From the NCBI RefSeq assembly GCF_009914755.1, contig NC_060938.1: 64,000 nucleotides of DNA. One strand, written 5' to 3'. Source of the stretch: the human T2T-CHM13v2.0 reference genome, Homo sapiens. The notes beneath the pieces were generated by a model. The model was not told the origin of the DNA. It saw nothing but the letters and a program-made list of their open reading frames with translations, and searched no databases. Position 1 is the first letter of the stretch; the number at the start of each line of letters is the position of its first letter. Of this stretch, positions 1 through 13,477 are shown one piece after another. The translations under genes were made by a program, and so were the position numbers.

Positions 1-1635
<1,635 letters not shown>

Positions 1636-1671
1636 TTAGTTGATGCAGTTTCTTCCTAGTCTCGATGGTCT

Positions 1672-2687
1672 TTACATTTTGGCATGATTTTGCAGCGGCT
1701 GGTACCGGTTGTTCCTTTCTATGTTTAGCGCTTCCTTCAGGAGCTCTTTTAGGGCAGGCCTGGTGGTGACAAAATCTCTCAGCATTTGCTTGTCTATAAA
1801 GTATTTTATTTCTCCTTCACTTATGAAGCTTAGTTTGGCTGGATATGAAATTCTGGGTTGAAAATTCTTTTCTTTAAGAATGTTGGATATTGGTCCCCAC
1901 TCTCTTCTGGCTTGTAGGGTTTCTGCCGAGAGATCCGCTGTTAGTCTGATGGGCTTTCCTTTCAGGGTAACCCGACCTTTCTCTCTGGCTGCCCTTAACA
2001 TTTTTTCCTTCATTTCAACTTTGGTGAATCTGACAATTATGTGTCTTGGAATTGCTCTTCTCGAGGAGTATCTTTGTGGTGTTCTCTGTATTTCCTGAAT
2101 CTGAACGTTGGCCTGCCTTGCTAGATTGGGGAAGTTCTCCTGGATAATATCAGCAGAGTGTTTTCCAACTTGGTTCCATTCTCCACATCACTTTCAAGTA
2201 CACCAATCAGACGTAGATTTGGTCTTTTCACATAGTCCCATATTTCTTGGAGGCTTTGCTCATTTCTTTTTATTCTTTTTTCTCTAAACTTCCCTTCTCG
2301 CTTCATTTCATTCATTTCATCTTCCATTGCTGATACCCTTTCTTCCAGTTGATCGCATCGGCTCCTGAGGCTTCTGCATTCTTCACGTAGTTCTTGAGCC
2401 TTGGTTTTCAGCTCCATCAGCTCCTTTAAGCACTTCTCTGTATTGGTTATTGTAGTTATACATTCTTCTAAATTTTTTTCAAAGTTTTCAACTTCTTTGC
2501 CTTTGGTTTGAATGTCCTCCCGTAGCTCAGAGTAATTTGATCGTCTGAAGCCTTCTTCTCTCAGCTCGTCAAAATCATTCTCCATCCAGCTTTGTTTCCT
2601 TGCTGGTGAGGAACTGCGTTCCTTTGGAGGAGGAGAGGTGCTCTGCGTTTTAGAGTTTCTAGTTTTTCTGTTCTGTTTTTTCCCCAT
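1672..2687 (-). pseudogene. L1 ORF1p, frameshifted
   Basis: MGKKQNRKT...KLENTL (2687) leaves frame at ~2151, where ATATCAGCAG replaces consensus ATATCCTGCAG. The C-terminal part MKEKMLRAAREKG...QNHAKM (2013-1672) lies in another frame. Confidence 0.93.
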
Positions 2688-3592
2688 CTTTGTGGTTTTA
2701 TCTACTTTTGGTCTTTGATGATGGTGATGTACAGATGGGTTTTCAGTGTAGATGTCCTTTCTGGTTGTTAGTTTTCCTTCTAACAGACAGGACCCTCAGC
2801 TGCAGGTCTGTTGGAATACCCTGCTGTGTGAGGTGTCAGTGTGCCCCTGCTGGGGGGTGCCTCCCAGTTAGGCTGCTCAGGGGTCAGGGGTCAGGGACCC
2901 ACTTAAGGAGGCAGTCTGCCCGTTCTCAGATCTCCAGCTGCGTGCTGGGAGAACCACTGCTCTCTTCAAAGCTGTCAGACAGGGACACTTAAGTGTGCAG
3001 AGGTTACTGCTGTCTTTTTGTTTGTCTGTGCCCTGCCCCCAGAGGTGGAGCCTACAGAGGCAGGCAGGCCTCCTTGAGCTGTGGTGGGCTCCACCCAGTT
3101 CGAGCTTCCCGGCTGCTTTGTTTACCTAAGCAAGCCTGGGCAATGGCGGGCGCCCCTCCCCCAGCCTCGTTGCCGCCTTGCAGTTTGATCTCAGACTGCT
3201 GTGCTAGCAATCAGTGAGATTCCGTGGGCGTAGGACCCTCTGAGCCAGGTGTGGGATATAGTCTCGTGGTGCGCCGTTTTTTAAGCCGGTCTGAAAAGCG
3301 CAATATTCGGGTGGGAGTGACCCGATTTTCCAGGTGCGTCCGTCACCCCTTTCTTTGACTCGGAAAGGGAACTCCCTGACCCCTTGCGCTTCCCAGGGCA
3401 GGCAATGCCTCGCCCTGCTTCGGCTCGCGCACGGTGCGCACACACACTGGCCTGCGCCCACTGTCTGGCACTCCCTAGTGAGATGCACCCGGTACCTCAG
3501 ATGGAAATGCAGAAATCACCCATCTTCTGCGTCGCTCACGCTGGGAGCTGTAGACCGGAGCTGTTCCTATTCGGCCATCTTGGCTCCTCCCC
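2688..3592. promoter_or_regulatory. L1 5'UTR CpG-rich bidirectional promoter (sense on -, antisense promoter on +), with YY1 site
   Basis: Full 5'UTR sequence. YY1 motif GCCATCTTGG at ~3574-3583. CpG-dense from 3100 to 3592. ASP donors CAG|GTGTGG (3248/3249) and CAG|GTGCGT (3333/3334). Confidence 0.9.
3143..3217 (+). pseudogene. L1 ORF0 truncated to 24 aa
   Basis: MAGAPPPASLPPCSLISDCCASNQ then TGA where consensus has CGA (Arg). Confidence 0.88.
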
Positions 3593-3659
3593 GGAATAAT
3601 CACTACTGTATCTTTATATGAATTTAAATCACATTTCCAAGTGCCTTACAGTAATCAAA

Positions 3660-4430
3660 TTAAGGTTAATTTGTCATAAGGAAGATGCAAATTAAAACCA
3701 CATTGTAATATCACTACACACCTACTAGTATGGTTAAAAAGAAAAAAAAAACAGAAAATATCAAGTATTGGTGACAATGTGGAGCAAATAGAACTCTTTT
3801 TCAATAATGGTGAGTATATAAAGTGGCACAAACACTTTGGAAACCTGTTTGGCATTATACTATACTAAACCTGAACGCATGCATTGTTTATGACTCAGGA
3901 ATTCCACTCCTGGGAACCAAAAACAATGCATATATGTGTTGCATATGTTCACCAAAAGACATTTACAAGAATGTTGATAGCAGCACTATTTGAAATCGCC
4001 CCCAAGTGGAAACTGCACAAATGTTTAACAGTAGGATGGGTAAAGTATGGTATATTTATGCGATATAATATTATACAGAAACGAGAGTGAGGGATCTGCA
4101 AACTAATATGTAACTGTACGAATGAATCTCACAAATATAATGTTGGGTGCTAGAAACCAGGTGCAAATGAATACATGCTGTATGATTTCATTCTTTTAAA
4201 TTAAAAAAATTAGTCACACAAAGTTTTGCTGTTAGAAGAGAGTGATTTGGTCAGGAGGAGGGGTAGTAACAGGAAGGGAGTTCAAGGAGATTTCTCATTG
4301 TTAGTTATGTTCAGTGTCTCAATCTAGGTGTTAAACAGGTGCAATCAAAATTTTAGAATTCATCAATTTGCAGGCTTATGACACATGCACTTCCCTGTAT
4401 GTGTATTTCAATAAAATGTTTTAAAAAGTA
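3660..4430 (+). mobile_element. Old L1M (L1ME-like) 3' fragment
   Basis: ATGCAAATTAAAACCACA, AATTCCACTCCTGGG, ATGTTCACCAAAAGACA, terminal AATAAAA. Confidence 0.75.
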
Positions 4431-4488
4431 AAATGACAAAAAGACACTACTAACAAAAATGACACTATTATATTAACTGTTATATTAA

Positions 4489-4857
<369 letters not shown>

Positions 4858-5344
4858 TGATAGTACCAACCAATATATCATAGACCTCTCTGCACTATTT
4901 GGATTTTATTCCAGGACACCTGAACTGAGGGTAGAGAAGGAAGGAAGAAAGAAGAAAAAAGAAAATCATGACCACCACACTCTCCTGTGAAAGTTCTACC
5001 TAATGGGTATATTGTTTATAAATCATATGAATCAGCCTGTAACCTAGAATGAAGCCACCAGTGCACAACAAATGCTCTTTTATGGGGTGGGGTTAATGTC
5101 TGCAGTTCTGGGCAGCATTGTAATTTGAATACAGGATTTGGTGTGATAATATGTAACAGCAAATGTCAAATTAGGTAGGGGTGTGTACACACTATTTCTA
5201 TATATATATATAAGTATGTATGAAAGAGTTGGAAACTTACCTATGTAACAAGATATTTTAAAAACAGAGAGAAGGACCCAGAGCAGGTGGTTGAAAGTAT
5301 CAACATGAGCTAATGCTCCATGAAACATGCTCCATTGCTCATAG

Positions 5345-5436
5345 GCACATTTCTCACCCTCACTTATCCATTTGGAGATGAATAATTCTTTGTGGTAGGG
5401 ACTGTTCTGTATATTCCTCTATCTACTAGATGCCAG
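5345..5436 (-). mobile_element. MER20-like hAT-Charlie fragment
   Basis: AATAATTCTTTGTGGTAGGGACTGT...CTCTATCTACTAGATGCCAG. Confidence 0.6.
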
Positions 5437-5536
5437 GCATGCAACCGCCTGTTCAGGTTATTCTAGAGTATGTGTATGAAAGGACAGCTGTTAAGGAAGC
5501 AAGTCCAATTCCACAGCTTCAGAAAGTAGATGCCTA

Positions 5537-6515
5537 AACCTACAGAATGGGAGAAAATTTTTGCAATCTACCCATCTGAAAAAGGGCTAATATCCAGAAT
5601 CTACAAAGAACTCAAACAAATTTATAAGAAAAAAACAAACAACCCCATCAAAAAGTGGGCAAAGGATATGAACAGACACTTCTCCAAAGAAGACAATTAT
5701 GTAGCCAACAGACATATGAAAAAATGCTCATCATCACTGGTCATCAGGGAAATGCAAATCAAAACCACAATGAGATACCATCTCATACCAGTTAGAATGG
5801 TGATCATTAAAAAGTCAGGAAACAACAGATGCTGGAGAGGATGTGGAGAAACAGGAACACTTTTACGCTGTTGGTGGGAGTGTAAATTGGTTCAACCATT
5901 GTGGAAGATAGTGTGGTGATTCCTCAAGGATCTAGAACTAGAATTACCATTGGATCCAGCAATCAAATGGTAATTTGACCCATTACTGGGATATATCCAT
6001 TAGGTAGAACCCAAAGGATTATAAATTATGCTACTCTAAAGACACATGCACACGTATGTTTATTGCGGCACTATTCACCATAGCAAAGACTTGGAACCAA
6101 CCCAAATGTCCATCAGTGATAGACTGGATTAAGAAAATGTGGCACATATACACCATGAAATACTATGCAGTCATAAAAAAGGATGAATTCATGTCCTTTG
6201 CAGGACATGGATGAAGCTGGAAACCATCATTCTCAGCAAACTATCACAAGGACAGAAAACCAAACACTGCATGTTCTCACTCATAGGTGGGAATTGAACA
6301 ATAAGACCACTTGGACACAGGGCAGGGAACATCACACACCAGGGCCTGTCAGGGGTTGGGGGCTGGGGGAGGGATAGCATTAGGATAAATACCTAAGGCA
6401 AATGATGAGTTGATGGGTGCAGCAAACCAACATGGCACATGTATACCTATGTATCAAACCTGCTTGTTGTGCACATGTACCCTAGAACTTAAAGTATAAT
6501 AATAATAATTTAAAA
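5537..6515 (+). mobile_element. 5'-truncated L1PA (about L1PA7/8) 3' end
   Basis: ORF2 C-terminal peptide ([13 protein letters not shown]...[19 protein letters not shown]), 3'UTR and A-rich tail. Degenerate TSD AGAAAGTAGATGCCTA (5521) / AGAGAGTGGATACCTA (6516). Confidence 0.92.
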
Positions 6516-6859
6516 AGAGAGTGGATACCTATTAATCAAGAACTAACTACAATTTAGCAAATTTATTTCTAGGCTGGGGGAAATGAAGCCTAAGAGTTGG
6601 ACACAGGAGTCAGTACTTAGCCCGGAGAACATCTCAAAACCAACCCTCCCTCACCTCCAAAAATACCTTCTAGTTTCTGTCCTCAAGAATATCCTCCATT
6701 TCTCTACTGTTGAAATAAGGGGAAAGAAGACAATAAAACAAACATCTTGACAACCTTGTGGGGCTTAGCCCAGACTCCCTAGAGAAACTCTCTTGACCAG
6801 AAGGCTGTAAGTTGCTTTCCAAAATGGGTTTTTGATGACTACAGAGTGTACTGTCACAT

Positions 6860-7390
6860 AGTAAATGTGGACATTATTTATGTCCCTGGACAACATCCAT
6901 TTGATTTTCCTTTGGGAAATTCATCCACACGTTTTGGTCACATATTTTGGTTAAATGACCTAGTCTTCAGCTCTAAGGGATTGCCTTAAGTCAATCAGCA
7001 CCTTCCATCTTCTCTGGCCACAGTGATTAGTTCAGAGATGAGTGTGTTGCCCAGTGCAATGAGACACAATAAATACTAGGAATTGTTGAGAAGATGAGGA
7101 TTGCTCAGAATGTGGTAGCAACCTAGGTGGTGCTGAGTGAAGTTCTGAGGTTGAGAACTGTGGCAGACATGTTGCTGCCATGAAGGGAATGGGCCTGATG
7201 GAAAGAAAGCACTAAGAGTTATGATCAAGACTTACCATTTGATTCCTGGATCAAACTGTACCTGGAGTCAGGGCTCAATCTGGACTATTCAGTTATATAA
7301 ATCAATTATTTTAATGTTTTCTTTTTAAAATTTAACCCAGGATATAAATTTTCTATCACTTGCAACATAAAGGGTTATAAAAGAAATACT
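6860..7390 (+). mobile_element. Old ERVL-MaLR LTR (MLT1J/K-like)
   Basis: TGGCCACAGTGATTAGTTCAG...TGGACTATTCAGTTAT...TCACTTGCAAC. Confidence 0.6.
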
Positions 7391-7394
7391 ATAT

Positions 7395-7570
7395 AGGCAG
7401 ATTCTCTGGGAAAACCTCTCCTGGAGGATCTGATTTGGCAGGTCTGAAGAGAACCCAAGAACCTATAGTTTTTGAAGTTCTCCAGTTGATTCCAATAACT
7501 AGCCAAATTAGGACATCTCTCTATGGCATGATTCTCAACCCTGGCTGCATGTTAGCATTGCCTGGGAAAA
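7395..7570. mobile_element. MER5-type hAT-Charlie fragments
   Basis: GATCTGATTTGGCAGGTCTG...CAGTTGATTCC; TTCTCAACCCTGGCTGCATGTTAG. Confidence 0.55.
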
Positions 7571-7679
7571 CAAAGACACTCACAGAGCTTCCAAAAATAG
7601 ATCCTGCCCCAGAAGAATTTCATAAGACTTCGAAGAGTAGTACCTTATCAAAGCTTTGCAGGTTAACGTTTTAAAAATT

Positions 7680-8115
7680 GGATAATACCAACTGTTGGAG
7701 AAGTTATATGAGAGCAACTGGAACTCTCCTACATAGCTGGTAGAAATAGAAATTGATATAGACATTTTAGAAACGTTTGGCGGTATTTACTGAAGCTAAA
7801 CATATGCCTTCCTTATGGCTCAGCAGTTCCACTCCTAGAATTGAGTGGATATGACACGTGCAAGATTGTTCACAGAAGCTTTATTTATAATAACCAAAAA
7901 ATGGGAAAATCCAAATGTCCATCAATAGTAGAATGAATAAATTGTTGTATATGCATTTGATAAAATATTACACAGTATTTATTATATATTTATATATAAT
8001 ATAAAAGTACAAACTACTTATAAATTGTAAAAAATCCTTGTAAAATTCATCAAGCTTTACACGTAAGACTAGTGCACTTTACCAGATATATGTCATATCT
8101 CAATAAAAAGTAAAA
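7680..8115 (+). mobile_element. Old L1M 3' fragment
   Basis: CAGCAGTTCCACTCCTAG, CAAATGTCCATCAATAGTAGAATGAATAAATTG. Confidence 0.7.
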
Positions 8116-9529
8116 ATCAAACAGGAAAAAAAAATGACAGGAATGTGCATCCAGAGTTGAAGAGCCTTGTTCAAGAGCCTCCAGCCTCAAAAGGGCATTT
8201 AACAATAGGTCACGCTCTGCTTGGTTTATAGAACGTACCTTGTCCCTCTTATTTCCCTGAAGTCCTTCTTTCAATGGGACGCCATGAAGACTGGCCTTCC
8301 TGTGTCATTCGTGCCCCCCAGCCTGGGGGCAATGGGAAGGAGTGAATTAAATGCTCTAAATATTAAACTACTTGTAAACTTCCATTTTTGCTTATAAGAA
8401 TGTCTTATGCAATGATACCACTGGAAAAGATAAATCCAAAATTTATCTGTGTATCTTCCTTTCCTGTGATATTTTCTAAACTGTAATATGGATGATATGT
8501 TGCTTTTTTCTCATATTGTACAGTGAAGAAGCTCCTTGGCATCCTAGGCTGAAAGTGAAATTCATTTTAAAATATCTCTCCTGCCTTCAAATGATGGTCA
8601 CAGCTATCTGACTGGGAAGCCAATTACATTACAGCCCCCACTCCAGCACATCTTAATAGAGTGCTATACCTCAGCAGGGAACAAAAGTGCGGCTCCCCCT
8701 CCTGGCCCAAGGCTGGCAGAGGCTTCTCAGCCCTGCCCAATGCAAGTATCTGAAATAAAAACAAGTAGTTAAATCTTCCCTTCAGATTGAAGATTCCCAT
8801 CCAGTTCCTAGAATGAATTAAAATCCCATTCAAGATTGACATTATAAAATTCTTAAGATTTCCACTATTTACGGTTGGAGCCTTCTTTTTCCAGTAGTGG
8901 GTTTATCTCTAACCCTAGAAAATACCCTTCTCTTTATTTTGACAATAATCATCACAAGCTACTCTGTGCAAAGCAAGATTTCAAAGCAAGTTAAGGTCCA
9001 GCTTTTATCCTAATGAGATTTATCAGGGACGTATGACATCTGCAAAAGGAAACATATTATGGTACAAACTATATCAAGATTTTTTTTAAGGGAGTTCAAA
9101 CAACGTGGCCTGAGGGTTCAGAGTGGCTGAGATCACTTCCAATTAGGAGGAAATAACCAGAACCCCCCCTTGCCAGTCTCTGCCCATGCCATATTTACAT
9201 AAAGAGCAGTTAGAGGGCAAGAATGATGGAAAAGCAATTGAAACCCTACTGGATCCTCTGGGAGAATGTCAAAGGAAATACAAGAGATTGGCTGCAGCAA
9301 ATCCCATCCTCCTCCATTTCTCTCTATCTCCCACACACTCTGGATAGAGAGTGGGAGAGGCTGCGATGACCCCAGGCTAATTAGTCTTGTCCTGTAACAG
9401 ATGGCTTAGATCAGCCTCTACTGTAAACCTCTGATGTTGTTCCTCCCCCTTTCTCTCCATTCACCAAAACAATAAAAACTCTAAGATCTGGAGCTTAGAG
9501 TGTACTGATGATGTGATTAGTCTGAGTAT

Positions 9530-9705
9530 TTTATCTTCATTTAATTTTCATCGCCGCCCTCTGAGCTGGATTTAACTCATGTACAAGCTATAGATGAAGA
9601 AACCAAAGCATAGAGGAGTCAAGTAGCTTGCCAGATTCTCACAGCTGGTATATGGTAGGCCCAGAACCTTATCCTGGACTCCAAGCCCATGCTGAGATTG
9701 TTAAG
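9530..9705 (-). mobile_element. MIR
   Basis: AGATGAAGAAACCAAAGCATAGAGGAGTCAAGTAGCTTGCC core. Confidence 0.7.
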
Positions 9706-11099
9706 TGTGAGCTCCATGGAACCTTCCTCCAGAAACAGGGCTCTGGACTACAAAGACAGCCCTCCAGACTGTAGCTGTCCAGGGCCCTGGGGCTGAAGAA
9801 AGACTTGCATGACCACAGGAGCTCACACTTACAATCCATACTCTCACTTAGCCTCAAAGTATTTGATGGTAGTATGTTGTCTTTGATTTTTATTTGTATC
9901 TATTCATGTCTGTGTGCCTGCCATCTCCGCACCATCATAAGCTGTTGAGGACAGAGACTATGACTTCCAGGACCCACTAGGAATCTGATATTGTCAGGCT
10001 GCCTTGACAAGAGTATGGGTTCAATAAACACCTGATTCCCTTTCCCATATTCCCTTTTGCTCCCAGTGCCTAGCACATACTTGGTACTCCAAAAATATTA
10101 CATGAATCGAAGACAGTAAGGACACAAATGTATTTCAGAATTTTAGGCATAAGTTCTACATACCACTTTCATTTCTGTAACTATATTTTGTATATTTCAT
10201 GCTACAAAACAAATAATAAATAATGGCAGGAAGGCTTATTACAGAACTATCAGATGAGTTATGGCAGACTAATAGCAATCTTGCCCCAAAGCATCATCTG
10301 ATCTAATGCATTAGTATGATTACTCTCAGCCTTTGAGTCAATTTAAATCATGCTTTTCTTTCTCTCTGTTAGTAAGAGCAATGATTAACCTGTTCATGAA
10401 ACAAAACAAATGGAACTGGAAAAATAAGACTCACAAGCCACAGAATATATGACTAATGATCAGAGGGAGAGAGGCTAGCAATATCCGCAGAGGTCTGCCC
10501 TCAGCTCACAATTCATTCCCTTAGCTCATCCCCACTTGCCCTCACTCGGGGATCTGTGCTCCGTCACGTGTAGCAGGAGCTGCTGGGTCTCCTGCCCAGA
10601 CTCTGCTGCTGTAAATCATTGCTCCTCAGAGCTGAGTGTTGCATGCCAAGATTGGAATTGCTAGTATCCAGAATCCTGCGGACAAGCTTCTGCCGTAGAC
10701 TTCTCCTTTGGATCTGAAAAGTGCCCTTGTAAAAAGGGAATTTCAGTATTGGGAGTCCAAGGTTTGATAAGATGAGGGTTGCAACATGACTAGGTAAATG
10801 GAACCTCAGATGACTGTGAGATTACCTTACAGGGCATGGGTTGTGGGTTTCCACCTTACAGAAACAGGGGTTCTATGATAGGAGGAGCACTTCAGAAGCT
10901 GAAGAAGCACTTAGACACCCTCCCCTGAAATATTTCTCATTAATCAATTAAATCAAGGCATTTTGGTGCAACGGTGACTCCTTAGGGATTATGTATATAT
11001 TACTTCTAATCTCCCCTGCCCTGGAGCTTAAACCCTAGGCCTCACCTGACTTCTTTGTGTTTTGCACCAAACTGAGAGCTAGAGCCACCAAATACTACT

Positions 11100-11340
11100 A
11101 CTAATTAACATTTATGAAGCACTTACTAAAGCCAGACACTGTTCCAGACCTTTGTATTAGCTTATTTAATTCTCACAACAACTCTCTAAGGTAGGATTTA
11201 TATTTCCCTGTAATTTATGGTTGAACAAATGGAAGCACAAAGAAGTTTGGTAACTTGCTCAAGCTCAAAGAGTAGGTAAGAGTTGAGATTCAAACCTAGA
11301 TAAGGGTAGCCCTGGAGCCCACTCTTTAAACTCTGTAATA
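11100..11340 (-). mobile_element. MIR
   Basis: TTTAATTCTCACAACAACTCT...AAGCACAAAGAAGTTTGGTAACTTGCTCAAG. Confidence 0.75.
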
Positions 11341-11414
11341 TGGCTATGCTAAGAAAGAACAGTAGGTAGAGATGTCAGAAGAGTCAGAGGCAGAGGTATG
11401 TAGAGGGAGAGGGA

Positions 11415-12167
11415 GAAGATTGCCACAGCTTCCAGTTGCCACTCCTCGCTTCCAAAGATGGAGTCCATATGGGCTGGCTCCGTGACTTGCTTTGACCAAT
11501 AGAATGTGGCAGAAGTGACATTGTATATGTTAGAGGCCTAAGCTTTAAGAAGTACAATAGCTTCTGCTTTTTCCCTTTTAGAAACCAAGGATAAGAACAT
11601 TAAGATTATCCTGCTGGAGAGAGAGGCCATGCGGAAGAACCCTGGAAAATGAGACAGCTCACAGAGCAAGAGGCCATGTGGAGAAGGCCTAGAAGTAAAA
11701 TGCCTCATGGAACAAGAGGCCACATGCAGAAGGCCTGGAGGATGAGACGCCCTGTGAAGTGAGAGGCCACGTGGAGAAGGCCTAGAGGAGGAGACACCTT
11801 ATGGAGCAAGAGGCCGAATGGAGAAGCCCCAGAGGGTTAGACACCTTGTGGAGCAAGAGGTCACACGCAGAAGTCCTGGGAGTGAGATGCCTCACGAAGC
11901 GAGATGCCTCGTGAAGCGAGATGCCTCGTGGAGTGAGAGTCCATGTGGAAGAACCCTGGAACTCAGCGGCTGATAACACAAAGATCCCATGGTGTGAGAG
12001 AGGCCTTCATGAACTTCCCGTCCAGCCCAGCTAGAGCCAAATGGAGCCATATGTGTGACCGCAAGTGACATCTACAAAAGAACGACCCAGTCACCCTGAG
12101 AATTGTTAGAAATGCAAAGCACTAAGTTTTGGGGTAGTTTGTTACACAGCAATAGCTAACTGATACA
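11415..12167 (+). mobile_element. ERVL-MaLR LTR (MLT1G/H-like) with internal tandem array
   Basis: GTGACTTGCTTTGACCAATAGAATGTGGCAGAAGTGAC; typical end TTTGTTACACAGCAATAGCTAACTGATACA. Confidence 0.8.
11623..11962 (+). repeat. Degenerate 47-bp minisatellite (~6.5 units) with nested 17-bp triplication
   Basis: GAGGCC-type unit starts at 11623, 11670, 11716, 11763, 11810, 11857, 11937. GAGATGCCTC at 11884, 11901, 11918. Confidence 0.9.
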
Positions 12168-12669
12168 GATGGTTTGAATTACTTGACTTTAAAGTTCCTT
12201 CTTACCCTGAAAGTTTATGGCTTAGTAAAGTGAATTAAGCACATTTGACTGAAACAGAGAGATGGTGTAGGAAAAGATCAGAAGGTAAGGGCAGGGCAAG
12301 GTGAGGAAGGCTTTCCGTGCCACGATAAGGAATTTGAGCTTTAACTGGTAGGTTCTGAAGCTGTCCCAGGAGGAAGTGACATGAGAAGATAGTTTTTTAG
12401 GAAGACCCACACTGCAGCAGCATGTAGATCAGACACGTGGGCACACAGAGCAGATGTGAGAGAGAAGGAGGCATGGAGACCTGATTGCTGAGGCAAAAAG
12501 ATGCAGCTGACAATTATGGAGCAACAAGCTACTGAATACAGAATTGAACATTCAGTCTTCAAGACACAGATGTAAGCTGCTTTCTCTGTATCAGCCTTCT
12601 CTGTATCAACTCTTCATTTTTTCCAACTATGATGTTTTTACTTTCAAAAATCCATGGGAGAATACATGG

Positions 12670-12850
12670 TATGTCGTTAAAAGCCTGGGATTTGAAATAA
12701 GAAAGCCTTAGCTTTAAACCCCTTCTCTCACCTTCTAGCTGTGTAACTCTGGGCAAGTTACTGAACCTTGCTGTATCGCAGCTTCTTCATTTGTAAAATG
12801 GATATAATGATATTTGTCTCACAGGAGTAATGCAAAGATAAAAACGGATT
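12670..12850 (+). mobile_element. MIR
   Basis: CTAGCTGTGTAACTCTGGGCAAGTTACTGAACC...CATTTGTAAAATGG. Confidence 0.8.
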
Positions 12851-13477
12851 ATGTCTCATGCATTTACTTTTACTAAATGGCTAAATGCTCAAGCAACACA
12901 AATACATGATTATTTCTCTTTCACGTAACAGTCCAGGTTGGGAGTGTCAGGTTGAGGGGTGGATCTTTTTCACATCTTCTTGAAAGAATTCGTGGTAAAA
13001 GCTGTCTTCAGTTTATGCCTTCCAAGGTTCTTTTGGCCATCGCCATTCCAGAAAGAAGAGGAGAAGAGAGCATGAAGGAGCCCGCCTAACATGTTTTATC
13101 TGGCTTCTCAGAAATGGCACATGCTTCTACTTGCATTCCATTGGCAAGAACACACGGCACACCAGCTGCCCACGGGGATAGGGAATCCCAGCTAGAATTC
13201 CATCCAATAGAAGACAGAGGGGAGAGAAGAGCAGGGTATTGGTAAGTGTCACAGAATTGCTAAACCAACCTGATTGCACATATCTACCACCAGACCACAC
13301 ACCATCCCAGTTCAATCATCACCCTTTGGGATCCAGCCTGGACATCACAATTTTTAAAATCTCCTGAAGTGACTCTAATGCGCAGCAAAGTTTAAGAACC
13401 ACTGGCTTAAGCCACCATTACTTGGTTTTTCTATGGCTTGCAGCTGAAATCATTTCTAACTTATAGGTTTTCAGGGG

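Noticed and set aside
3593-3625. TSD of the young L1
   Set aside because: The 3' flank lies outside the window, so the TSD cannot be defined.
5530-5919. 129-aa ORF as a gene
   Set aside because: C-terminal remnant of L1 ORF2p with a premature stop; the ATG comes from the TSD flank.
11623-11962. CRISPR-like repeat/spacer appearance
   Set aside because: Units are similar along their whole length with no unique spacers, lie in a mammalian LTR, and there are no cas genes.
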